Part shown: one piece after another, positions 12,751 to 24,013 of the stretch
How the letters are laid out: every line of letters starts with the position of its first letter
Numbering within the stretch: position 1 is the stretch's first letter
From: Octopus sinensis
Taxonomy: Eukaryota
Reading direction: 5' to 3'
Assembly: GCF_006345805.1 (NCBI RefSeq)
Contig: NC_042999.1
Location: forward strand, 63,736,001 to 63,800,000
DNA: 64,000 nt
Program-made: the position numbers and the translations under genes
The notes under the pieces: model-generated
What the model was told of the DNA's origin: nothing
Seen by the model: the letters and a program-made list of their open reading frames with translations, nothing else
Database searches by the model: none

Positions 12751-14624
12751 TATTACCTTCATTTCTCTCCAGTCTACACATGTCTTCTGCATTCCGAGCC
12801 CATGTCTCACTACCATGGAGTACAGACGTTTGTACACAAGCATCATATAGTCCACTGTTCACGCTGAGAGTTCTTTTGTTGCCAACAGAGGTAATAGCTC
12901 TCTGAACTTCCTCCACCCAATTCTTATTCTAGAAACAATATTTAGAATTTCTTCCAACTCCTTTCCTACATAGTGAGCAGGGCCTTTTACCTGATGGAAA
13001 GAGAAAGTTTTATCTTCTTTCTCACTAACAACCACTTTTGTCTTAGGTAGGTTAACTTTAAGGCCCTTTGTTTCCTTTCCTGGAATTTCTTCTCCATTTC
13101 TGCTAAAGATTTTGCAATAAGAGCTAGGTCATCAGTATCTGGCTGTTCCCACAGGCATCCAGTCTTGAATTCCTCTGTTATGTCCTGGAGGACTATAATG
13201 AATATGAGTAGGGTGAGAACTGAGCCCTAGTGAAACGCTGAATTCATCACTGTATTTATGGTCGACTCTCACCTTATTGACAGCACCACTGTACATGGCT
13301 TGGACAGCTCTAACGAACTACTCCTCTACTCCTAAATTCCTTAGAGACCACCATATAACAGAGCAGGGAACTGTTGAATGCTTTCTCCAGGTTAATGAAG
13401 GCTAAGTACAATGGCTTACTTTTGGCCAAGTAGTTTCCCTGCAGCTCTCTCAATAGGAAGATGCCATCTGTGGTACTCTTCCCCAGTACAAAACCAAACT
13501 ACATTTCATCTAGTTAATTCTATTTCTAATCAATTGAGCTATAATCCTCTCAGTAATTTTCATGTCTTGGTCCAGCAGTCTAATACCTCTAGTTGTTTCT
13601 GTCTAAGGCATCACCTTTGCCCTTGTAGCAGCCAACTATAATGCTACTACACCAGATGTTGGGGATGGTGCCTTCCTGAATAACCTGATTAACTATACAG
13701 GTGACTAAGCTGTCTCCTACACCACCAGAAATTTTAATCATCTCAGCAGTGATTCCTGATGGTCCAGGGGTTTTTTCTGTCTTTGTGTCTTTAATTGCCT
13801 TATCTATTATGCTGCTATCAACTTTTTCATGTTTAGTAACCTTTCATAGTGACACTTCCATGGATATTTCTTCTCTGAGCCACTAAGTGCAAGCATACCA
13901 TTATCCATTCACACACATTTCTCACCTATCACATCTCTATTTTCTCTGATACACTACTTTGCAATACTGTTCGCCTTACACCTCTGATCCTCACATTGTA
14001 AGACATTTGCAAATCTCTTACCTAGCCGCCCTTTTGGCTACCTGATATAATTCTCTGCTTCCACTGTTTTTCCAGTCTTTCCAGGCCTGTCTTTTTGCTT
14101 TTATAACACTGTCAACCTCCTTGCTCCACCACCATGTCACCCTTGGTCTAGCCAGGACTCTGCACCTGCCACAGATTTCATCCGTAGCCCTCAGTAGATT
14201 GTCCTGCAGGAACTTCCAGTTATCCCCAACTCTTCCTCTCTTTCATCAAAAGCTCCCATTAGTAAATCTCTAAATTTTTGTCTTATAATATAATTCAAAT
14301 TTCTTGGCTCATTATATTAACATCCACTTTCCTGATCATATTTATGAAATACATGGTTTATATTTTTTAATTATTTAGAAAAAAAAAAATTATGCAGAAC
14401 TTAGTTAAATAATGTTTTTCCATTATTATTCAGGAACATAGTTAAAAAAAAAAAGATTCTTTCATAAATTATAATGGACAGTTTAATTTAATGATCAACA
14501 CTAAAATTTGAGGTGTAATATGATAAAATTTGAGGTGTAGTATGATAGTAGGACCAATTGAAAGCTGTATGATGTTGAAAGATATTTTTGTCTTATGTTA
14601 TTTGGTCTATATTTCTCTTTTCAG

Positions 14625-14683
14625 AAATTTATTGAGAAGAATTCACTGTTGAAATCTTTGAAAGACAAAATCATATCATCTGA
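14625..14683 (+). CDS. ICE1: Coding exon 2, KFIEKNSLLKSLKDKIISS(D)
   Basis: Acceptor tttctcttttcag, donor GA|GTAAGT; 59 nt, phase 0 to 2. Confidence 0.88.
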
Positions 14684-15941
14684 GTAAGTAAATACTAGTT
14701 TCTTTTTCTTGGACACCAGGTTTTAAGGTTTTATAGTAGATGGGAAATGGGATATAGTACATGCACTTCTAAAAAATTTATGTCAATGCTTTCCAACTTA
14801 TGTAATGCAAAATTATATAGGTATGATGCAACATTATCTTTCGTTTGAACAGAACAGCTGACTGGCTTCCGTGCCAGTGGTACGTAAAAAGCACCATTTG
14901 AGCATGATTGTTACCAGCGTTGCCTTACTGGCACTTGTGCTGGTGGCACGTGAAAAAACATTCGAGCGAGGTTGTTGTCAATACCACTGGACTGGCTCCT
15001 GTGCAGGTGGCACGTAAAAAAACACCATTTGAGTGTGGCTGTTACCAGTACCGCCTGATTGGCTCTCGTGCTGGTGGCATGTAAAAGCACCCACTGCACT
15101 CTTGGAGTGGTTGGCATTAGGAAGGCATCCAGCTGTAGAAACTCTGCCAGATCAGATTGGAGTCTGGTGCAGCCATCTGGTTCGCCAGACATCAGTCAAA
15201 TCGTCCAACCCATGCTTGCATGGAAAGCGGATGTTAAACGATGAGGAGGAGGTGGATGATGATTGTCAACAGTGAGAAATTTTCTCCATGAGAAAACACA
15301 GCGAATCCCTTTCTTACAGATTTGAATATGTCTCAAGCATATTTGAACTGTTAGCAAGTTTGTATTTATTTACATCACTGCCTAATGCTGTCAGCCCGTA
15401 CTAAGTGTCTGCATATATTTTGACTTGCTGCAGGATTAGGCATATGAAGGCTTTTTTTTTACAGTGTGGGATGAATATGAAAATGACTTATTCTTTACTT
15501 GTTTCAGTCATTTGACTGTGGCCATGTTGGAGCACTGCCTTTCGTTGAGCAAATAGACCCCAGGACTTATTCTTTGTAAGCCTAGTACTTATTCTATCGG
15601 TCTCTTTTTGCCGAACTGCTAAGTTATGGGGATGTAAACACACCAGCATCGGTTGTCAAGCGATGTTGAGGGGAAAAACACACACACATACATACATACA
15701 TATATATATATATGCATGGCCACAGTTAAATGACTGAAACAAGTAAAAGAGTAAACAATAGCTTACATGGGTAAAAATCCACCTTACTAATTTGCTCCAA
15801 GAAGTAATATGTAAATATTCAAATTTACCAAATCCTTTCTGTTATATGATAGCTTTAATCTAAAAAAAAAAAAAATCATTTTTGAATTTTTTGTTTTATA
15901 TATTTTTTATCCTATTGTAATTTTTTTTTCTCTTTTTGCAG

Positions 15942-15976
15942 TAAAATCATGAAGCTACTTCAGACCAAGACAAATG
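15942..15976 (+). CDS. ICE1: Coding exon 3, (D)KIMKLLQTKTN(E)
   Basis: Acceptor tttttctctttttgcag; ends at U12 donor G|ATATCCTTT; 35 nt, phase 2 to 1. Confidence 0.88.
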
Positions 15977-17465
15977 ATATCCTTTATCTACTTTTTGAGA
16001 TAATATCTCATTGTTTGCTTTTTAATTTGCTGTATGAATTATTCATGTCTGTGCATACATGAACATATATAAAGTAGGTGCATTTAGATTTACAAATTGG
16101 AGGAAAAAGTACTCAACATGCTAAGCAGAGTGAATGTGTGTGTGTCTCTTTTACTCTTTTACTTGTTTCAGTCATTGACTGCGGCCATGCTGGGGCACCG
16201 CCTTTAGTCAAGCAAATCAACCCCAGGACTTATTCTTTGTAAGCCTAGTACTTATTCTATCGGTCTCTTTTGCTGAACCGCTAAGTTACAGAGGACATTG
16301 GTTATCAAGTGATGTTGGGAGGACAAAAACAGACACACAAACACGCACACACATATATATACATATATACGACGGACTTCTCTCAGTTTCCGTCTACCAA
16401 ATCCACTTACAAGGCTTTGGTCAGCCCGAGGCCATAGTAGAAGACAGTTGCCCAAGGTGCCACGCAGTGGGACTGAGCCCGGAACCATGTGGTTGGTAAG
16501 CAAGCTACTTACCACACAGCCACTCCTGCGCATCCCTAACTTGTTTCAGTCATTAGATTGTGACTATGCTGGAGCACCACCTTGAGGAATTTCAATTAAA
16601 TGAATCAACCCCATTACTTATTTTTTTTTAAGTGTCTGGTATTTATTGTATTGGTCTATTTTGCCAAACTGCTAAATTATGGGGATGTAAACAAACCAAT
16701 ATTGCTTGTCAAGTTGTGGTGGGTGACAAACACAGACACACACATACATGATGGGCTTTGGTCAGCCCAAGGCTATACTACAAGACACTTGCTCAATGTA
16801 CCATGCAGTGGGTCTGAATCTGGAATCCTGCTGTTGGGAAGCAAACTTCATACCAAGCAGCTGAAAAGGTTACCCACCCCATAATTGCTATGGTGCTTGA
16901 GCTTTGTGAAGTGTTGTGCATGAAACCTGAGTGCCAGATTGACTTTGAAAGATTTTTGCTTTTGTATTATTTTTCAGTTTCAGGTGTATCTATCTACCTG
17001 TCTGCTTTCCACCAGAAACACACACACACAGAGCAATGTTTAGAAAATGTAGGATTGTGTAAATTTAATAAATGGAATAAGAATTCTAACATATTATATT
17101 TTGTGATGTAAATATTTTTCGAAGAGCTGTAACTGATGTGATATGATACATTTTTAGAAATATAATTATATGGTTTAGTTGTTTTTGGTGTTACACAAAC
17201 TGTTGTGTTCTATTCACTAGCGTAGCTAGAGTGTGTGCCACCCAGGGCAGCTCCTCTATTTTCCACTCCCAGATCCCACAAAAATCACATGTTGCCTACA
17301 ACAGAATGAAAAGTGCTGCCCAAGGTGGACCACCCTTATAGCCCCCACCCCAGCTATGCCAGTGATTCTATTCATACCATGTTATTGTGTTCGTCCTGAG
17401 ATAATACTTGGTTTGATTTTAAAAATGTCTTTACCAAAATTAAGATAATCCTTAACAGCTATCAC
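15977..17465 (+). other. U12-type (minor spliceosome) AT-AC intron, 1489 nt
   Basis: 5' splice site ATATCCTTT at 15977, branch site TCCTTAAC at 17449-17456, terminal AC at 17464-17465; removal keeps the frame (AAT G|AG TCA). Confidence 0.93.
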
Positions 17466-17526
17466 AGTCAGCATTTCTTAAGAAAAAGTTGCAGAATTTA
17501 GCCGAGTGTTTAAAGCAAAAAGAAAG
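17466..17526 (+). CDS. ICE1: Coding exon 4, (E)SAFLKKKLQNLAECLKQKE(R)
   Basis: Preceded by TCCTTAAC branch site and AC acceptor; donor AG|GTTTGT; 61 nt, phase 1 to 2. Confidence 0.88.
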
Positions 17527-20285
17527 GTTTGTATGATATAATATATTTAACTGTGTTATTTGTGCTGTTTCTGTATTTATATTTGTCTGCTAAATCTCAT
17601 TTGCATGAAAGACTTGATATACTGGAGCATGGCAAGCTATATAAGTAGCCAAGTGAGTAGGGTATGGAATAGTTTCAAGTTTATATGCCATCCTTGGTGC
17701 TGTGCTCTGTTGTACCATTGATGAAATATGAACCCTTGGTTCTCTACTTACCTGGCAGTAGTAGAGCAATTGGAAATACAGGGAATGATGTGGTGGTGGT
17801 GGTGAAGTGTCAGAGCAACTGGAGATTGATAAAACATTTGGTGGATGGTCTTCAGTGATTGGTCATTACTGGTTTATTTGTTGGTCTACAGTTGTAGACC
17901 AACCTCTTTTGCACCGTAGACCAGTTTCATGCGAGATAATTTCCCCCCAGTACAGTGTATCATAAAAAAAAATAAATAAATAAATGCGCCCTTTTAAAGC
18001 CTAGCTAGGCTCATGGGCCCGGATTCTCAGTTCCCATGGCGTATGTGTTCCCAAGCTGGACGGGACGCCAGTCCATCGCAGTGTTACTCATTTTTGCCAG
18101 CTGAATGGACTGGAGCAACGTGAAATGAAGTGTTTTGCTCAAGAACACAATGCGTCGCCCAGTCCGGGAATCAAAACCACAATTTTACGATTATGATGCT
18201 GACACCCTATCCACTAAGCCACGCGCCTCCACACAGTGTATCATACACATGAAAAAACACAATAAAGTGCATGATATATTACACAATACATATATAATGC
18301 AAAAACACCTTGCAGTGTATGCTAGTTAATAAAATAGAAATAAACTTTAAAAATTTATTCTTTTTGTGTGACCCACTGGTTGAGGATCCCTAGTCTATGG
18401 GATTGGAGATTTATCACCAATCTGATAATTGGTTAACAGTACTAGAAATCAGACTATGGTTGGTTGTTATTAGTTTGATGGTCACAACTAGTTAATGGTT
18501 GGTCTACAAAACTGAGATCGGCTACAGTTTAATGATATGTATAGCAGTAAGATTATTAATTTAATTGTTTGTATACTGTATTGAGATTGGTCGCTATTTT
18601 AATGGTCGGCCTACTGTTGTGACATTGCTCACTAGTTCATGTGGTTCATCTATAGTGGTAAGATGAAGTCTGTCATGAACCCAAGGACTCATAAGGCCTG
18701 AAAATAACCAGGTTCCCATGACATAAGTGACTGAGATTGCAACACTCCCCACTGAAAAGAATGCTGGTCCATTGCAGGGTTAAGTTACCAGTTATTATTA
18801 CTAAGTTATTATTACTAAGTTATTATTACCAGTTATTATTACTAAGTTACCAGTTATTATTAAGTTCCCAGTTATTACTGGTTATTACAGCTGAGTGTAC
18901 TGGGGCAATAGGAAATGAAGTGTTTTGCTCCAAAACACAATACACTATCCAGACTTGGAATCGAACCCTCAATCTTATGATTGTGAGTGTCATACTCTAA
19001 TCACTAGGCCACATGCCTCCACACAGTAGTGAGCTTGATAACATTTTAATGGTTGTGCACCACATTTGGTTTCTGCAGTAAGCTACCTAAACAATTGTGA
19101 GCACTGTACATATCTAGTCTGTTACAAGTGAGATTTGAACCATGAACACATTGTTTGTAAAGTGCATGACATTACCTATTGCTCTACTGATCCAAAATAA
19201 GGTTGGGTTATTTGCTTTGAAACTGCAAACATTTTATTTTAACTTGTTTTGGAAGGGATTTTACAGCTGGATGCCCTTCCAGATGCCAACCACATTACAG
19301 TGTAGACTGGGTGTTTTTAATGTGGCACCAGCACTGGCAGGGTAACCAAATAATTCACAAGACAAGGAATTATGAGAGGGGCAGGGCATTTGTGGAGGGG
19401 AACTTGTGACAGAGGATGAAAAGTTAGAGTGTGAAAAAGAGATAGAGAGACAGAAGCAGGTGTCTTGCCACAACAGAGGGGTCATTTGAGGAGGTGATCC
19501 AGTATCAAATGATGAAAGATTAGAGTGTAACAGGGAAATAGAGAGGTAGAAATAGGTGTCTTGTTATAGAGGAGGTACATGGTTACCCAGAGAGAGAGAG
19601 AGAGAGAGAGGGGTACAGAAAGGGGCCATAAACAAGTGTGCTGATATAAAGGAGATAATTAGTTACCTAGTCAGGGGAAAACAAGAGAGAGAGAGAGAGA
19701 TTGACCAAAGGGAAATAGAAAGAGAGTAGGAAACAGCAGAAGAGAGATGGTGTGGTGTTACTAATAAGTAACAGGAATATGAGCATAGAACCTGGTTAGG
19801 AAAATGGGGAGTAGGTGTGGGGAGCAGTGATACAGTGAGTATGGCAGTGTGGGCAAGAAAGGGGATTGGAAAACAATCATAATTTATGAAGAGGAAATGT
19901 GAGGAAGAGAAAGATGCAATTAGAAAAGGAATGGTAGTTTGATTTCTTAGGGTAGAGTGGGTGAAAAGTGTGTTGTTACATGTGGGTGGGACACAACTTT
20001 TCTAGCACTCAGTTTTATGGACGGGTCTTCCCTAGGACCTCATATTGCCAAACGTCCCGGTCTACTGTCATTTCCTCAGTGAGCCCCAACATATAATCTG
20101 GTAATATATTTATGCTTACTATTCCATGCTAGCATAGACAGACAAGATTTTTTGAGGCAGTGTTTTGTAGCTGGATACCCTTCCTCATGTCAGTCTTCTT
20201 ACTTACCTCTTATGCCACAATATCTTGTCTGTTCTTCAATACTTTTATTTTCTTTCTCTGAAGCTGATTGATTTCTCTTTGTCAG

Positions 20286-20349
20286 GACTTCTCAAGAACT
20301 GCGTTCACAAGTCAACAATCTTCTCAAGGGAGCTGAACTCAATAAGAAG
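20286..20349 (+). CDS. ICE1: Coding exon 5, (R)TSQELRSQVNNLLKGAELNKK
   Basis: Acceptor tttctctttgtcag, donor AAG|GTAAAG; 64 nt, phase 2 to 0. Confidence 0.88.
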
Positions 20350-20530
20350 GTAAAGCAGACAATTCTGTATCTTTTATTCTTTTAATGGTTTCAGCCATTT
20401 GACTGTGGCCATGGTCGGGGGTACTGTTTTCTTATGCATCTTAAAGTGGATGTTTTGTTGGAACACCAAATAGTGTGTTACTTACCCTGAGAGGATCTCT
20501 ATGGATACATGTTGCATAAAAGCACACATT

Positions 20531-21042
20531 CCATAAATCCTCGACTATAATCCGCACTTTTTCCCCCAAATTTAAAGGTCAAAATCCCTAGTGTGTACTA
20601 TATACGAGGTTAAAAATGAAAATTATTTTCTAAGCAATGTCTAAGTCTCTATTTGCTGTCCGGCAATGTTTATTCAGATGCATTTTGTGATGTCGGGTGC
20701 AAAAATACCTTAAGCTAAGCCTGAAATCAATGAAGTCATAAAAGAATCATCCATAACTTGCAGTAAGCAACATTTATTAAACATTATTACTGTTATTTCT
20801 TTATTTTCTGCAAACAAAATTCACAAAAAAGCTACACGTTTGCATTATGCTATATATATAATAATAATAAAGGACGTTACCGTATACATTTTTACAAACC
20901 AAGGACGTTATATAGACCTCATTGACTCAAGTTAGAGAAGGGGTGTGTATTATACACATGGTTTAGGTTTTTCAGAGGTACAGCCCCCTAAAAATCCCCT
21001 GCGTATTATACTCAAGGGCAGACTGTACTCGAGGGTTTATGG
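20531..21042. mobile_element. Non-autonomous Tc1/mariner-superfamily element (Tc2/pogo-like ends)
   Basis: Ends CCATAAATCCTCGACTATA and TACTCGAGGGTTTATGG-TA are imperfect inverted repeats; TA on the right flank. Confidence 0.6.
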
Positions 21043-21050
21043 TATTTATA

Positions 21051-21333
21051 TCATTGGCAGATGAGAATTCTCTGCTATGGTTGCCAGTTGGATGTAAAAA
21101 TTGCCCTTTGGTATTGATACTGCTTCTGTTCTTAATAATTATTTTTGGATGAGCCTGCTGGCTATTTGCAACATCAGTGTCAGAAATGGCACTAAAATTC
21201 TATATATTGTTGGCAGTGAGATTTGTCTGGTATGTGGCTACAAGATGTCTGCCGTTGAAGGAACCGAGTAGGTCAAAATTACGTGATTTGGCAATTTTGG
21301 AGCCTGTTGCAGACGATTCTCATCTGCCAATGA
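21051..21333. mobile_element. MITE with 19-bp TIRs
   Basis: TCATTGGCAGATGAGAATT and GATTCTCATCTGCCAATGA, 18/19 complementary. Confidence 0.65.
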
Positions 21334-21484
21334 CATAAATATGTGTGCTTTTATGCATTATGTGTCGGTATGAGAGGTTCTGTCGAAGTAAATACCACAG
21401 CGTTTGCTGTTGTAACAAAGCACTCTCACTGGATATAAAGATTGCCTTTTGATATTAATACCATTTCTGTTGCTAATAATTATA

Positions 21485-21742
21485 TATATATATATAAAAA
21501 TTAGAAAAAAAAACACCTTTTATCAATTCAAAATGAACAATTAAATTACACCATCTAGAAAACTATATATAATAGAAATATTAAAATTAAAATAACAGTA
21601 AATTGCAATTTACTTAATCATCGGTATATTATTGTTATTTTGATTTTAATATTTCTATTATATGTAATTTTCTAGATGGTGTAATTTAATTGTTCATTTT
21701 GAATTGATAAAAGGTGTTTTTTTTCTAATTTTTATATATATA
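21485..21742. repeat. Long foldback palindrome with about 110-bp arms
   Basis: 21485-21597 is nearly the reverse complement of 21633-21742. Confidence 0.9.
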
Positions 21743-23392
21743 TTATATTTTGTGGAATTTGATTTAGTATTTCTAAATTGAATTTTTCCCTGTAAGTTAA
21801 GAATAATATTCCCTCAAATAATAATAATAATTATTATTATTATATACATATATATGCACACAACACACATACAACCATTATCTTCCATGCTGACATGGGC
21901 TGGACTAATAATAGATACTGGCTGGGCACATGAAAAATTCACAGAAAATATAAAAAATGTAAGCATTTGTAAATTGTGTGCTGGTGCCATGAGAAATGTT
22001 TCTATATTGTGACAGTTACAGAATATAGAAAGAATTGTAAAACCGATAACTATATAATCCAACCAAAATATCTCAGTTACGCAAACGTAAACAGAATTGC
22101 TATTTCACCTAAAATACATTGTACGTATTCAAAGAACCTTCTTGGTTTAGTGGTACGGAATGTTTTTCTGATATTCTTTTATTCTTTTACTTGTTTAAGT
22201 TATTTGACGGTGGCCATGCTGGAGCACTGCTGTTTAGTTGAAGAAATTGACCTCCGGACTTATTCCCTGTAAGCCTGGGGCTTATTCTATCAATCTCTTC
22301 TGCTGAACAGCGACTATAAAGTCAAAGTCAGTCAGTCAGTGATAGTAGATTCATTGTACAAGTTTTTCAGTTGGTGTCAGTGTCAGTTATGTGATACATA
22401 CGAGTTTGAGTTACCGTCAAGGTATACGTTTCAAAGTCATTGCCTTGCGGAGCTATCACCGATAGCATGATAGATGAGCCAATATTAGCAAAAACAAACC
22501 CCAGGACTTGTTTTTTTTATGTTTGATACTTATTGTTTTGGTCATTTTTGTCAAAATGCTTAGTTGCAGGGGACACCAATTGTCAGGCATTGGTGCAGGG
22601 GCAAGCACAAATGCAAAGACACACACACACATAATAGGCTTTCAAACAGTCTCTGTCTACCAAATTCGCTCACAAGGCTTTGGTCAGCCCTGGTAGAAGA
22701 TACTTACCTAAGAGGCTGTGCCATGGGATTGAACTCAGAACCACATGGTTGCAGGACAAGCTTCTTAACCACACAGTTTATCTGCACCTTGCCATGTCTT
22801 AAGAAGGGTAAAACGAGAAACAAAAACTAGGAGCTTCTCTATGGTTGCCTGATTTGCTAAAAGTAACAGATAAATCTCACTTAATTTGTATCCTACTGTT
22901 ATTTAAAAGGGAAGATACGTTAGATAATGTCTTTCTAAATATGTTCTTGTCTGAATTAAAGACAGGAGGGATATGATGGGAATGCTTTTGACCAGAGGTC
23001 TATTCAATTAGGGCTAAGCAACTAGAACTGAAGAAATTACTGTATTTTCTGGCTTATAAATCAAATTTTGGTCTACAAAATTTGTAGAGAAAAAAGGTAC
23101 GTCAACTTATACACAAAGATGTTTTGGAAGGACCAAAAAGTTTATGTGAGAGCAGCAAGATTTTGAAAGATATGATGATGTTTGAATGTTTACATCGCAT
23201 ACTACATTGACCTGTATCTTGAAAAATACAGTAGTGTTGGCCTGTGATGACCTATGATGTTGTGTTTGTATTAAAAAGGTTATTGTTTCTGATTGTCTAA
23301 TTCTTACTTGCTTTCCTACTATTTAGGTAATATTTGTTTAATTTTAACATTTAACTTCTATTCACCTTTATAAAATGCAATCCATTTTTCAG

Positions 23393-23473
23393 CTTAAAGC
23401 AGACCATGAGTTGGCTTTGACTAAGAAAGATTCAATTATTGAGGACTTGAAGCTTAAAATCTCTTACATTGAG
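23393..23473 (+). CDS. ICE1: Coding exon 6, LKADHELALTKKDSIIEDLKLKISYIE
   Basis: Acceptor ccatttttcag, donor GAG|GTAAGT; 81 nt, phase 0 to 0; coiled-coil-like. Confidence 0.9.
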
Positions 23474-23782
23474 GTAAGTTTCTAATTGACTGAAAAAACA
23501 GTGAATTTATTGATGTTTTTTGTTATTCTTTTATGTTTATTTGTCTGAAACAACATTAGTTTGCTGTTGTTTAGTTGTAATGAGATATTAAGTCCAGCTG
23601 TAGCCTCTGTGTCATATTTTTAGGCAACATACATGACTTTATCTTGAGTTTATTTTGTTGGAAACAAATGTCATTGTTCCTGTTGGGAAACTGGAAAGAA
23701 AAAACCCATCATGCAAGCAGTGTCTCTTGTTTCCACTCTTCTGTGATAATATCTGGTCATGGAGAAATGTTACTTCGCTTGG

Positions 23783-24013
23783 AAACGGCGAGCTGGCAGA
23801 AACGTTAGCACGCCGGGCGAAATGCGTAGCCGTTTTTCGTCTGCCATTATGTTCTGAGTTCAAATTCCGCTGAGGTCGACTTTGCCTTTCATTCTTTTGG
23901 GGTTGATAAATTAAGTACCAATTATGCACCGAGGTTGATGTAATCGACTTAAACGTTTGTCTGTCCTTGTTTGTCCCCTCTGTGTTTAGCCCCTTGTGGG
24001 TAGTAAAGAAATA
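23783..24013 (+). mobile_element. tRNA-derived SINE family B; other copies near 7366-7550, 24411-24640, 44470-44704, 49073-49300 (+) and 58029-58423 (-)
   Basis: Recurrent about 230-nt unit GGCGAGCTGGCAGAAACGTTAGC...GAGTTCAAATTCC (B-box-like)...TTTAGCCCCTTGTGGG...AAAGAAATA. Confidence 0.8.

Larger units (their letters stand above)
9470..14340 (-). mobile_element. Decayed RTE-clade LINE (RT remnant plus 3' tail), split by the Tigger insertion; boundaries approximate
   Basis: Minus-strand peptides LYDACVQTSVLHGSETWARNAEDMCRLERNEGN|MLCWMC...RRLHWFGHVM and a GRSTTD...LEKAF RT motif near 13375-13480; many stops and frameshifts; the 3' part matches 32015-32760. Confidence 0.75.

Noticed and set aside
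16147-16531. tRNA-like A/B boxes here and in other SINE heads
   Set aside because: They are SINE 5' domains followed by family bodies and tails, not cloverleaf tRNA genes.
15977-17467. Conventional GT-AG or AT-AG reading of intron 3
   Set aside because: No consensus GT donor follows exon 3, and using the AG at 17466-17467 gives a stop within four codons; the AT-AC reading fits all signals.
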